Part shown: in pieces, positions 33,350-44,755 of the stretch
Position numbering within the stretch: position 1 is the stretch's first letter
Layout: each line of letters opens with the position of its first letter
Assembly: GCA_004764695.1 (NCBI GenBank)
Contig: SMSO01000014.1
Location: forward strand, 4,164,845-4,228,844
Reading direction: 5' to 3'
Source of the DNA: Schizochytrium sp. TIO01
Taxonomy: Eukaryota > Protista > Bigyra: Labyrinthulomycetes
Length of the DNA: 64,000 nucleotides
Notes under the pieces: model-generated
Database searches by the model: none
What the model saw: only the letters and a program-made list of their open reading frames with translations
Told to the model about the DNA's origin: nothing
Position numbers and translations under genes: made by a program

Positions 33350-36320
33350 TTATCACCCGCCTGTCATCCTCGATAATGAACCCTGATCCAGAGCCATCGT
33401 CTCATAGTGTTACCATGACACACTTACCAAACCCCGGGTTTGTCAGTGTTCAAAAACTTGCAATCCGGCAAGGACAACTATTGTGGTGGCTTGTTTCATA
33501 CTTGGAAAACGAAAATTTAACTTGCAAAATGGTACTTGATCGAAGATGTCGAGTACAAACGTCACAAAAAGACAGCTCAGTCAGCTTCGCCCTAAAGCTC
33601 CTTTCCTCGGCAGACCACTATTGATCTTGGCGTTATGGCCTGCTGAGCTCCGCCATAGCTCTGGTCGAGACATACTGGCTACTTCAAGTCTCTCATTTGC
33701 ATGCTGATGATGTTGCTTATGATGATCTGGTGCCAAAGCCTCGTACTTTCTCCCTCAAGGCAGTTCGTGCGCCGCCGTCAGGAGCATCCCTGAGAACTGC
33801 ATTCCTGCGTTGCTTGACACGAGAGCATCTGCACGAAACCGCTGACCTCCTGAAGGCCGCGGTCGGCTCAAGAGGTCTGTCTGTCCATCGCTACACCTTC
33901 TATGCCAATGTTGGGCGTCTTCATCGACATCACCGTTGCCATCGCCGACGCCGTAACCATCGTCAAGATGCGTGGTTTGAGTCGCTGCAATCGCACAATC
34001 TACCCATGGCGCCTCCAACTTTGAAGTTGTATTGGTCATCGCAGAAGCTGTGCCAAGAGCAACGTCAAAGATCTCTAGGCCGCCAACGTCACTTGCACCG
34101 CAACTAGTACCATAACCAACCAAGCGTCGTTTCGTTTTGCAAGAAAACGCCCACGAAGCTATTCTGGCAACATGACCTCTCGAGTTGAGGGTCCAACATG
34201 TGTACCGAGAGGCCTAGTGGCCAATTGAATCCAAGTTGCAATTCTTCAAGTTGCCGTGTCTTAAGTCCATCCTGAATGCAAACAAACGCAAACAAATGCA
34301 AATGCAAATGCACGTTTTACTACATTATACCGTCACATTGAGATCCCATTTGAACATGGGATTCTGGCCTTTGAGATATGTCTCTTGGAAGAGCAAAATG
34401 CCCTCTAGGGATAAATAAGTATCTCTGTGGCTTTGCCAGAAAATGCAACTTACACACCTACTGACTGACTGGCCTGAGAGGTTTGGCAGACAGGCTACAG
34501 CTTCAAGCGTCTGGAAAAGATGTTGATTGAGCTTGGGATTCGTTGAGTGGTGACTCTTTCTTTGCCGGACCTAGTCTTCTTCATCCATCCATGAAAGCAC
34601 ATTTTCTCCTATATCCCTTTGTATTACCCAGCATCGTTTTGGTCAAAGTTTTTTTAAGCTTTTAATTTAAATAAACTAAGTATTTTCTATAGTATTAATT
34701 AGTAATAATAATAAAAGGAAGACTTAGAAAGGAAGGATAAAGTGGTAACCCATTTCAATTTCAATTGCGCTGAGAATCATAGTATTATGATGGATCGAAA
34801 GTTTTATTTTTCAAAGAAAGAATGAATGAATGAGAGGCGGATAACGTTGTAGGAAGCTTGCGGGGAACTTGCATCGAACACACTGTTCCACGAGAAAATC
34901 TATCAGCCAGCCGCTGAAGATTCCGAGCTATGAATGTCCAGGCCTGACGAGAACATAGTATATGATGGCCTTCAAGGCCCCATTGCCAACGAGGTCATGG
35001 CAGCGATTGCTTTCACATTGGATTAATCTTCATAAACACTCAACAGTCGTCTTTAAAGAGGCAACGTTTCAAATATCAGCTTGCGGGTTCCCTTGCCACT
35101 TAATATCATCTGAGGAGCTTTCCCCACAGTCAAGGTTTCTAGATAGCACTAAGAGGGGACTTAGATGTGACGTCACGGCATTTTCCCCTTCTTTCTTTGA
35201 GCTTTTCCTCTCATGAGAAGTTATTAAATTAATAAAATAATAAAAAGCAGGAAAATCGATTGAAAGTAGTAGGTATCTACTCAGACAGAGGAGAGGAACA
35301 AGCATAGAACGGACAAGGAACCTGAACGAATGCAGCAGAATTTACAGATTGAGACTGTAATGGACGAAGGAGGTTGAAGAAGGAGTGACTCTCGCTTAAT
35401 CATGGTGTTCCGACAACGATGATGCCAGGAGCACGATGCGACAGTGGCTCCCCAAACTTCAGTGTATGCTGTCTATCCTTTGAGAGCAGGCATAGCAGGT
35501 AATTGATGTTGATCGGCTTCCACTATATTTATTGTACGAATTGAACATCGTTTTGACAGGCAAAGCTCATCTCTTCTGGTTACAAGCACCACCATCAAAT
35601 TATAAGGTGACAGGTACCTTCACGATATTGAGCCTTCACGTCGGTCGTTGCGAGTTCAGGCCCTCTTGGAACGATCTCGATTTGGCCATTTATTGGGCTG
35701 TCCTTTGGTGACATGGGGAGCAAATAGGATACCTCAAACGCACAGCGAATCGTGTAATCCTCGACTTGAAGGGATGACCGTAGATAAAGCATGGACCTAT
35801 AAAGGGGCCAATGTTCGCCTCAAGCTCGAACAGAACCTCGGTGCATACATACAATCAATCCATGGCAATCGCATTTACAACTTGAGGGTTGTATATTGCT
35901 TGCGTCCAGGTGAATGTTAAGGCAGGCAAGCCCAACTCCTGCGCATTGAAAGTGACAAGGGTCCCTGTCGTCTCCAAAAGCAGGTTCCCGAGATCGTCGC
36001 CATCTCCACTGTCTTTTCATAACTTATACCATTCTTCGACGCAATGCCTATCACCCGATGAGACATAGAGTCAGCGCTCCGTGAGTCCAAGATAAGTAAA
36101 TAAGTTGCACTTGTAGTACCAAGGCTAGCCGTCTGAGATTGAGCTGATGTCGAACTTGGAGTCTTTGCCTGAGCTGTTGATGGTCGTGCCTTCTAAGCGA
36201 CAGTTTGCATTTCGATACAGGACCTCGCGTTTCACAAGATGGTGAAAGCTGAGGATCAAGAAGGCGAAACCAACGACGTTGCTGTGGTTCTTGCTGTAGT
36301 TGACCTTGGGCACTGCCACA
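33350..36320 (-). pseudogene. Probable degraded REJ/PKD-GPS-type large surface-protein gene relic
   Basis: Collinear minus-strand fragments broken by stops and frameshifts: ..GLPALTFTWTQ.., ..DSPINGQIEIVPRGPELATT.. (REJ-like), ..PDCKFLNTDKPGVW*..CVMVTL.. (GPS-like). Confidence 0.4.
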
Positions 36321-37039
36321 TCAGACCTACCTAGGTACCTGCTTATATGCACGATAAAAAAACGAGGGGGCAAAATAAAAGATTTGCTGCAGTTACTTAG
36401 GATAACCCCTAGTCCAACTATCAGTTCTTTATAATTAATGATTGTTTTAATGGCGAATTGATTTATAAATGTTAGTTCCCAGAACTGGGAACCTCAAAAG
36501 GAGGTGAAAGAGAGAATAAATTACATTTCTCTCCGTCCATTCCGAAAAGGACCCTCCACGAGTTAGTTTTGCCGCTGCGAGGTCCCTTATTCACTTCGAT
36601 GCACGTTTGGTGCTCCAGGAAACGCTCGTCGACGCGGCGGGTTTGGACGTGACGTTGGCAGCCCAAAGAAGGCTCTGCGTAGGAGCGGATCGAACCTAAG
36701 GCGACCAAGGGATTCTGAAGCGCCGAACTCTTCCGAAGTGGAGACGAACCTCCTCGAAGAAGAGCAGACGAACGAGCTTTTAGACTTTCAATCTGGAGTT
36801 CGCTAACTTCAAGCAAACCAGTAACAACCGACTCCCGCGACACAAAGAAGGAGCAGACCAAGGTTAACTCGAAGAAAGAGCAATACTATACTATAAAGCC
36901 CAAGAGCTTGAACCCCTACAAGCATCTTAGGAGCGAGCAAACCCCGAATACCTCGGGCTCCATAAAAGAAAGACTCCAATACTCTGTTTGGAAGGGTGTT
37001 TCATTGGAGACGCTGTGAACGACAAAGCGCTGACTCAGG

Positions 37040-38563
37040 ATGTTGCACACAAGCGGACTTGAGAACGACGACAAGGGGAACCAAATAGGAGCAGAGGTAG
37101 AGGACCAGAACATCTTGAACAAACCTGAGACGATGCATGGCAAGGCCAAAATGGGCAGGCATGAGGATGGCAGGCCCGAGGAGCGGACTACGGAGGAAGA
37201 GAAGGTTGACTACTACTTTGATGATCGCGTTCAAGCGGAATCAGCTCGCCATCCTGCCGAAAACGGTGCAGATGATTGGGCACAACTGCACAAAATGGAC
37301 CAGCAAGACCAGGACCAGGGCGGCAACGGAGATGGTGCTGAGGGGGATGACAAGGAGACCTCCAAAGCACGGCAGTGGTTTGACAAGGTGTGGGCATTCT
37401 GGCTGAAGTGGCATCTGCCAATATTGCTGATCTTCTTTATCCTGATTGGGTACTTTCGGCCTTACCCGGGCAGCAAGGCAGACGATATTGACTTTGGCGG
37501 AGCATGTTTTAGCAGCAGTTTGTGTGTATGGAACTCGATTGGTTCTCTTCTGGTCACAGGAATTTTTCTTATCTCAGGACTGAAGCTCAAAACAGATTCT
37601 ATCAAGCACGCACTTGCAGAATGGAAGGCGGCTATCTACGGAGTGATTTCCATTCTCTTTGCCACGACTTGTGTTGCTTTCATTGTTGTTCTTGGCCAGT
37701 ATGGTGATGTGCCTGAATTTTCCATTGGTTTGGCCCTTTTCTGCAGCATGCCTACCACCCTTTCTAGCGCTGTCATTATCACGGGCCAAGCAAAGGGAAA
37801 TGTTGCACTGGCACTCATGCTTACAGTGTCAACCAACATCATCGGCGTGTTTACAGGTCCACTCTTCGCATCAAGCTCTATCGGTGTATATGTGAACTAC
37901 TACGGCCCAATTGGCACTGCGACTGATGACGAATCTGTAAATGTTTCTGTGAATCCCGTCCCAATTATTCTGCAGCTGATTTTTGAGATCCTGGTCCCAC
38001 TTGCCATTGGTAAGCTCTTACGTACCTGGAAGCCCATCGCGGACCTCGTCAAATACTTCAGTACGACTCTCAAGCTATTGTCCTCTTTGTTTTTGGTTCT
38101 CATTCCGTGGATGAAGATTTCTTCTAGTGCTGAGTCTTTCTCGCAGATCGATGGACTTTCGTTCGTATACATGTGGCTCACTGCCATTGGAATTCATATC
38201 TTCTACCTTGCGTTTAACTTTGTGTTCGCGCACTTTGCATTGAGACTCAAATTGCCTGCATTGATTGCTGTGGTACTCACTTGCTCTCAGAAGACCCTTC
38301 CCGTAGCAATCACCGTCTTGCAATACTTGCCAACAGACATCATTGGCTCTGTTGGTCTTGTCACAATTCCCGTGGTTGTTTGTCATCTAATGCAGATCCT
38401 CATCGACTCCGTGATTGCGTCTCGACTCATTACTCTGATGGACCGCTACGAGGCAAAAGAGAATGCCGCAGAGACTTCGTCCTCACCAACAGTGGTGCAA
38501 TCGCCCCCATCGCGTTCCGCTTCAGAAATTGAAGATGATCCATCCAAGCACTCCAAAGTTTAA
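37040..38563 (+). CDS. Sodium/metabolite cotransporter, BASS4/SLC10A7-like (SBF-like), copy 1
   Basis: GIFLISGLKL, GLALFCSMPTTLSS, AKGNVALAL, CSQKTLPVA, PVVVCHLMQILIDS; multiple TM segments. Confidence 0.88.
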   Translation: MLHTSGLENDDKGNQIGAEVEDQNILNKPETMHGKAKMGRHEDGRPEERTTEEEKVDYYFDDRVQAESARHPAENGADDWAQLHKMDQQDQDQGGNGDGAEGDDKETSKARQWFDKVWAFWLKWHLPILLIFFILIGYFRPYPGSKADDIDFGGACFSSSLCVWNSIGSLLVTGIFLISGLKLKTDSIKHALAEWKAAIYGVISILFATTCVAFIVVLGQYGDVPEFSIGLALFCSMPTTLSSAVIITGQAKGNVALALMLTVSTNIIGVFTGPLFASSSIGVYVNYYGPIGTATDDESVNVSVNPVPIILQLIFEILVPLAIGKLLRTWKPIADLVKYFSTTLKLLSSLFLVLIPWMKISSSAESFSQIDGLSFVYMWLTAIGIHIFYLAFNFVFAHFALRLKLPALIAVVLTCSQKTLPVAITVLQYLPTDIIGSVGLVTIPVVVCHLMQILIDSVIASRLITLMDRYEAKENAAETSSSPTVVQSPPSRSASEIEDDPSKHSKV

Positions 38564-39691
38564 ATTGGATATGCTTTAGTAATACTTCTCCACGTTTTCA
38601 AAGGCGATATGGCAAGTACCTTTAGGATGCTTTGACAACTTGCACCTGAGCCTTTGATCTTAAGAAAGGTTTCAGGAGGAGCAATCCTCAAAGACTTTTA
38701 CGAGTATATTATGATACAATTTGATATGAATGCTGATGATGGGTGCAGTTCGAGACGATTCACAGGACGCAGTATTTTTCGAACCAGCCAAAAACATTGA
38801 GATCAAATGCATTTATATCTGAGCACTCAGCACATTGTATGTGAGAGGCGTGCCTTGCCTTGGTTGCGAGCAGGCTGGAGCACACTTGTTGCACCGAAAG
38901 TGATGTTTTCTCATACCTTGTCTCGACAACCACACCCGTGCACTAGTAGCAGTGCAGATCTGAGCACCCTAAGGCATAAAGGATGCTTTCTGTTATATAG
39001 ATTTCATGTGGTTCTTTGTTTCATCACTTGTGACCATCACTACTATTACTACCACCTAGTACTCTCTTGCCTGATCATCCTCACCACAAGTCTGCTTTTT
39101 ATGTTTGTACAAGTATTTTTTTGATTAAAAACTATAAAAAATGCTAAAAGCGCATTTCCTTCGCGTAATACTTTCAGGTGATCGAGTCCAATCTGTTTTT
39201 CCAAGCCGTCCTCCTCGTTCTTCTGCCACCATCTGCACTGATACGTATTCCCCAAACATGAGAACGCTCCTACCTTCTACAACAATCGCCCCAACTCAGC
39301 CTAACCTCAGTTCAACGCACCCATTCCGCCTTACGGGTCAATTCACTCTTAATTTAGAACCCCAAAAGTTAAAATCATGAGGTCTGGCGCAAGACCCATG
39401 CTGACCTCTTAAAGTTGAAGAACTCTCTCGTGCTTCTTGGGCGTGACGGCATCTTTGAGTTCTTCTCGTTTGGGGCGCAGGAGTCCATTTCATCACGATG
39501 ATGAATTTCAATTAATTGTTGCGAAACAGAAGTTCTTTCTTGAGAGAACAACATTCATTCACAAAGTCTCCAAAAACGGAATTGCCTCCGAGTACTTCGA
39601 GGCTTCCGCTCCCAGGGAGGCCCGGAGCTGCTGCCCACGCCTCTACGTGCTGTGGGACTCCGCGTATTCCCGTCGGCAAGACCACCCTGCG

Positions 39692-41107
39692 ATGCTGACC
39701 AAGGATCAGCGCGAGACAACCATGGAGCGGAGAGAGTCTTCTGAGGCCGATGCGGCTCGCTCAGAGTCCATCGAGCTTTTGGAGCACGTCCACCGCACAG
39801 AGGTGGGAAACAGTAGCTTGGAGTCAGACTATAACATGGATTCCACACCAGGCTCTAGCCAGAGAAGTCGCGACAAGTACGCAGATAAGATTGGCAGCTC
39901 TGGAGAAGACGAGCATCCTGAAGATGACCGTTCATGTGGCGAGAAGGTCAAGGATTTCCTCAAGGCATTTAAAGCGTGGCTCATTAAATGGCACCTTCCT
40001 CTACTGCTTATATTCTTCATTTTAATTGGATACTTTAGACCCATACCAGGCACCAAGGCCAATAATGTGGACCTCGGAGGTGCGTGTTTTCGTGAAGACC
40101 TTTGTGTGTGGGATTCCATCGGCTCACTCCTAGTCACAGGCATTTTCTTGATATCTGGTCTTAAACTCAAGACAGAGGCCATTAAGAAGGCATTTAGTGC
40201 GTGGCAGGCAGGTCTTTATGGGGTCATCAGTATTCTCTTCATCACCACCTGCCTCAGCTTTGTCGTGGTGCTTGGAAAGTATGGCGATATTGCAGAGTTC
40301 TCCATTGGACTTGCACTCTTTTGCAGCATGCCTACCACCCTATCCAGTGGACCTATCATCGTTGGTCAGGCAAAAGGAAATGTGGCGCTAGCACTTATGC
40401 TCACGGTTGTCACCAATGTTATTGGAGTCTTCACCGCACCACTCTTTGTATCCTGGTCTCTTGAAGTATACCAGCAGTACAGAGGTCCTGTGGCATCAAG
40501 TGATGGTGATGCACAGGACATTGATGTCTCTGTTGATCCTGTCCCAATCATTTTGCAGCTTATTTTCACCATTCTAGTGCCCCTTGCGGTTGGCAAAGTG
40601 TTGCGTATGATAAAGCCAATCGCAGCATTCGTGCAGAAGTTCAGTCTGGAGCTGAAGCTTCTTTCTTCTCTCATGCTTGTACTCATTCCATGGATGAAGA
40701 TTTCATCGAGCGCAGAGTCCTTCAGCCAGGTTGATGGCCGCTCCTTTGTGTTCATGTGGCTCACATCCATCGCAATTCATCTCTTTTATCTCTGTATTAA
40801 CTTTGTATCGGCTCAGTGGCTTCTACGTCTTGCCCTTCCTGAAAAGACTGCCGTCGTTCTAGTTTGCTCGCAAAAGACTCTCCCTGTGGCCATCACAATT
40901 CTCGAGTTTTTGCCCACTGATGCCATCGGATCACCGGGTCTTGTCACAATTCCAGTTGTGGTGAGCCACTTAATGCAGATTCTAATCGATGCTGCAATAG
41001 CTTCGCGAGTTGCTGTGATGGTGACAAAACAAGAGCAAGCTGAGGCCGAGGCGAAAACCAAGGCCAACGCTCCGCCATATCTGCCTTCATCCTCTTCGTC
41101 CTCTTGA
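39692..41107 (+). CDS. Sodium/metabolite cotransporter, BASS4/SLC10A7-like (SBF-like), copy 2
   Basis: Same motifs as copy 1 (MPTTLSSG, CSQKTLPVA, HLMQILID); first ATG at 39692 (alternative 39722). Confidence 0.88.
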   Translation: MLTKDQRETTMERRESSEADAARSESIELLEHVHRTEVGNSSLESDYNMDSTPGSSQRSRDKYADKIGSSGEDEHPEDDRSCGEKVKDFLKAFKAWLIKWHLPLLLIFFILIGYFRPIPGTKANNVDLGGACFREDLCVWDSIGSLLVTGIFLISGLKLKTEAIKKAFSAWQAGLYGVISILFITTCLSFVVVLGKYGDIAEFSIGLALFCSMPTTLSSGPIIVGQAKGNVALALMLTVVTNVIGVFTAPLFVSWSLEVYQQYRGPVASSDGDAQDIDVSVDPVPIILQLIFTILVPLAVGKVLRMIKPIAAFVQKFSLELKLLSSLMLVLIPWMKISSSAESFSQVDGRSFVFMWLTSIAIHLFYLCINFVSAQWLLRLALPEKTAVVLVCSQKTLPVAITILEFLPTDAIGSPGLVTIPVVVSHLMQILIDAAIASRVAVMVTKQEQAEAEAKTKANAPPYLPSSSSSS

Positions 41108-41813
41108 TATCTCAGCTCCTTCTATTGCTTCTCCCCATGTGTTCCCTCTGCGCTCTCGGCGCTTCAAACCGCCACATGACTCTCTGCTGTCATTAGCGGA
41201 CCATCTAGTCAGTCTTTTAATATTTTGTGATGCTCTCCATTTGCCGTATGAGGTCCATAGACGCTACCGCGCACCTTACTCCAAGCTCTTGCTCGTAACT
41301 TATCATCAAAACCTTTATGCTCTTATACTTTTATACCATCGTCTCCCCAAATTCTTTATTGTCAGAAGTTTTGCCCTCAACTTATGTCCCCCGAAGTAGA
41401 ACGAACATTTCTCATTTCATACAACCATTTGACGAGGCAAAGTCAAAAAACACTCTTCAACTCAACGAGGATGATGAGTGCTTAACAGCATCAAAACGAA
41501 TTGATTTGGTTCGAATTCAAGAAGATTGAATAGTTATGAATGACACACTTCGATCGGGGAGTTTCCAAACCAAATCCAAGATACAAGTTGAGCCAAATAG
41601 ATCAGATAGGTACAAAATAAGAAGAAACTCGTGTGCTGCTCAGAATTATAATTGAAACAACTGTGATAATAGGTACCTAAATGCAGCTGTTTTTTACTTT
41701 ATGTTTTTTAACATTGTTACTTTTATTTTTAAAAAAAGAAAAGAAAAAGTTTTGTTTTGAGCCATCATCGTCAAGACCGTCAATCGCGATCAAATTGCTA
41801 TCTCGACAAGGAG

Positions 41814-43808
41814 ATGCCAGCCACAAAACGCGACGCCTCTGCGGTGGAGGACAGTGCTGGGAGTCCAGCAGATGTCTCGAAGCGGGCCCGCAAAGAGGAT
41901 GTTGGCGAAAGTGGCAACCCAGGTACAGCCACGGCAGCCGCCATGAGCTCAGAGGAGGCGCTCAAGCAGGCTGAGGCGCTCAAGGCACAGTTAGAAATGC
42001 TCAAAGCGCAAAAATTGGCCAAGAAGAAGGCCAAAAACGCAAAGTCGAAAGCCTCATCCAAAGCCAACAAATCGAGTACCGGAGAGGACGCAGCACAAAC
42101 TGCAAAACGCAAGGCTGCCGAAGAGGAGTACCGAAACGACAGCCAAGACCAAATCGCGGACCTGCAGATTGCAAAGAAACAACGTCGAGAAAGTTCTGGC
42201 GATCAGAGGCATGGTGCGGAGGCTGAGGTGAATACAACAAGTTCAGACACTATTGATGCTAGTGGTTCAATGGCTGCTCCGAAACCTGCTGTTGTGAGCG
42301 CATCAGTGAAGAACCCATATTTAGCGTATTTTGGAGACAATGTGGAGGATCCTGATGGCGCCGGGGAAAGTAAAGCTGCGCGAAACGATAACTCTACGAC
42401 TGACCCATACGCTGATGACCGACTTGAAGATGCGCAAGACCGCTGGAAGCGTAAACGTGCTCTGAAGCAGAAACGTGCCTTTAAGATCGTTCCGCAAGGC
42501 ACTTTTATCGAGGCTGCTAACGAGCAGCGCGAGCAGGACTTGCGACGTGAGTATGCTAAAAATAGACGCGATATGGACAAACGAAGGCACTTTCGCCAGC
42601 TCCTTGATGGCCAACGCAAATCCCCAACTAGCACCACGCAGTCTTTGAGTGCTGAATCTAAAACTGAAAGTCTAAACCTCGTGGAGAGGCCGCCTCCGCC
42701 TGCCATGGAATGGTGGGACCAAAAGCTCGTCTCGAAGCGACGCATGGAAGCCATTTTGAAGAAACGGGACCGAGCCGAGACTGCGGGTGATGCATCGTTA
42801 AAATCCCTTTCATCGTCGTCCTCCACAATGTCTTCGGAAACCTCATCAGCCCCAGCCCCAACGACAGGCGAAATCAGTGAGTCTGACGGACCCGCTTCGA
42901 ATGATACACAAAGCCAAGCAGGGACAATCTCTATGGCTGGTGATGTAGAGGACGAACATGATGAAGGTGGCAAATTTTGCTATGAAGATTTGCATATCGA
43001 TGCGATTCGGACATTAAACCTTGTACAGCACCCTGAACTTGTCAAGTCGACTGTGCCGACACGTCCAGCCCCTGCGATCCCGCTATATTTAACTAAAGAG
43101 GAGCGCAAACGGCTGCGCCGACAAGCCCGTCGCGAGAAACAACAGGAGCTGCATGACCGTATCGCTGCGGGTCTTATCCCACCTCCACCACCCAAGGTTA
43201 AAATGAGCAACATGATGCGTGTTTTGGGCGAACAGGCTGTTTTGGATCCGAGTAAAATGGAGGCGGAAGTACGACGACAGACTCAGGAACGAATTCGCGA
43301 TCATGAAATGCGAAACCAAGCGAATAAACTAACTCCACAAGAGAAATGGGATAAAAAATTACGCAAGGTGGCCGAGGACTCTCAAGGAGCTCCAGAGGTT
43401 GCAGTGTATTATGTTTCAGAGTTGACTCAACCTGCTACCGTAGCTGCATCGAACAGATTTAAGATGGATGCAAATGCCCAGAAGTTACTCCTCACTGGGT
43501 GTGCTGTGATTGTTCCCGAGCCCGTTGATGTAGGTCGTGGCGTCATGAAAACATGCAATATTGTAATTGTGGAGGGTGGACCTAAGCGATTGCGTCAATT
43601 TGAGAAGCAAATGTTGCAGCGCATCAAATGGGATCCTGATGGTACCACTGGCAATCGCTGTATAAAGGTATGGCAAGGCGTGGTGTCAGCTAAAGCCTGG
43701 CCCCAGCGATTCGAATTTCAAGAATTTGCGAACGCACAAGATGCGCGGGAATACTTGGCAGCGCGAGGTGTAGAACATTACTGGGATACGGCGATTCGTA
43801 GCGAGTAA
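41814..43808 (+). CDS. PRPF3: U4/U6 snRNP splicing factor Prp3
   Basis: EWWD, LVQHP, LYLTKEERKRLRRQ, PPPPKVKMSNMMRVLG, DPSKME, RFKMDANAQKLLLTG, IVIVEGGPK, MLQRIKW, NRCIKVWQG, VEHYWD; first ATG at 41814. Confidence 0.95.
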   Translation: MPATKRDASAVEDSAGSPADVSKRARKEDVGESGNPGTATAAAMSSEEALKQAEALKAQLEMLKAQKLAKKKAKNAKSKASSKANKSSTGEDAAQTAKRKAAEEEYRNDSQDQIADLQIAKKQRRESSGDQRHGAEAEVNTTSSDTIDASGSMAAPKPAVVSASVKNPYLAYFGDNVEDPDGAGESKAARNDNSTTDPYADDRLEDAQDRWKRKRALKQKRAFKIVPQGTFIEAANEQREQDLRREYAKNRRDMDKRRHFRQLLDGQRKSPTSTTQSLSAESKTESLNLVERPPPPAMEWWDQKLVSKRRMEAILKKRDRAETAGDASLKSLSSSSSTMSSETSSAPAPTTGEISESDGPASNDTQSQAGTISMAGDVEDEHDEGGKFCYEDLHIDAIRTLNLVQHPELVKSTVPTRPAPAIPLYLTKEERKRLRRQARREKQQELHDRIAAGLIPPPPPKVKMSNMMRVLGEQAVLDPSKMEAEVRRQTQERIRDHEMRNQANKLTPQEKWDKKLRKVAEDSQGAPEVAVYYVSELTQPATVAASNRFKMDANAQKLLLTGCAVIVPEPVDVGRGVMKTCNIVIVEGGPKRLRQFEKQMLQRIKWDPDGTTGNRCIKVWQGVVSAKAWPQRFEFQEFANAQDAREYLAARGVEHYWDTAIRSE

Positions 43809-44755
43809 TCAAATAATTATTTTAAAGAAAAGGTAAAATCAAACTTGCTAAAATTTCAACAACATAAGAAATGAAACCTAACAATTAAGCAAAACTCAGT
43901 GACCATCACCGATTTACGCGGATCTGCGTGGGTCAGCAGTGAAAGACATTGGAATAGTCCCTCAATACTGCTAACAATAGAAAAGAAATGGAAACGGAAA
44001 ATGAAATGAAACAAAAAAATTAACATGCATATGATGCCCCGTCAACATTTGCGTAAAAGCTTGATGTTGTTTTCTTAAAGGAAGATCATGATGAATAAAA
44101 AAACGAAAAAGAAAAACGAACAAGTGCGGATAGATGCACTTTGCATCGCTCCTGACGATTCATTGGGGCGAATAATTTTTAGAGAAACATGTAATGCTAG
44201 TTCCTCTCAAGGAGTGGCGCCCCGGATGAGCATCCCTTTGTCAGGATATGATTGAGTTCGGTGACAAACACATTGAGATATGGTTGCTTTTGTTAAACAG
44301 CATCCGAGTCTTTAGTACAGGCAGCGCAGCAACGTTCAGATACGACACGATGCATTCCAACAACAAAATTGGGAGAGAATATAACGCTCAGCTGAAAGGT
44401 TTGATATGTTGATTACTTGCTACACCGTTTGTAAAAGAAGTACTGGAAGCTTGCAAAACAACGAGGAAAGTGAAGAGCCCGTGACTTCTCGGCCACTACG
44501 GGATACCTTCAGGAGGAATTGTAAGGATGAACGCATTAGTGTCAAGTCCTATTTACGATAAATGTGAGATAACTTAGGTTTGCTTGCAATAAAGACCAAG
44601 GCATTGTGTATCATCCTTGTTTCTCGTCATTCTTTGTTCCGATATGCTCATCTGTTTGATTCCCGCAACATAGGCTCAAAGCTAGCGATCAGTCACTTCA
44701 ATACTTATATATATATATATACTCAACTTTTATCGTATCGAGTTGCAAGTCGTGA

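Noticed and set aside
42203-42973. 256-aa minus-strand ORF
   Set aside because: Antisense shadow of PRP3
44088-44156. Possible C/D box snoRNA (ATGATGA...CTGA)
   Set aside because: A-rich interior, weak terminal stem, lies between convergent 3' ends; no recognisable guide
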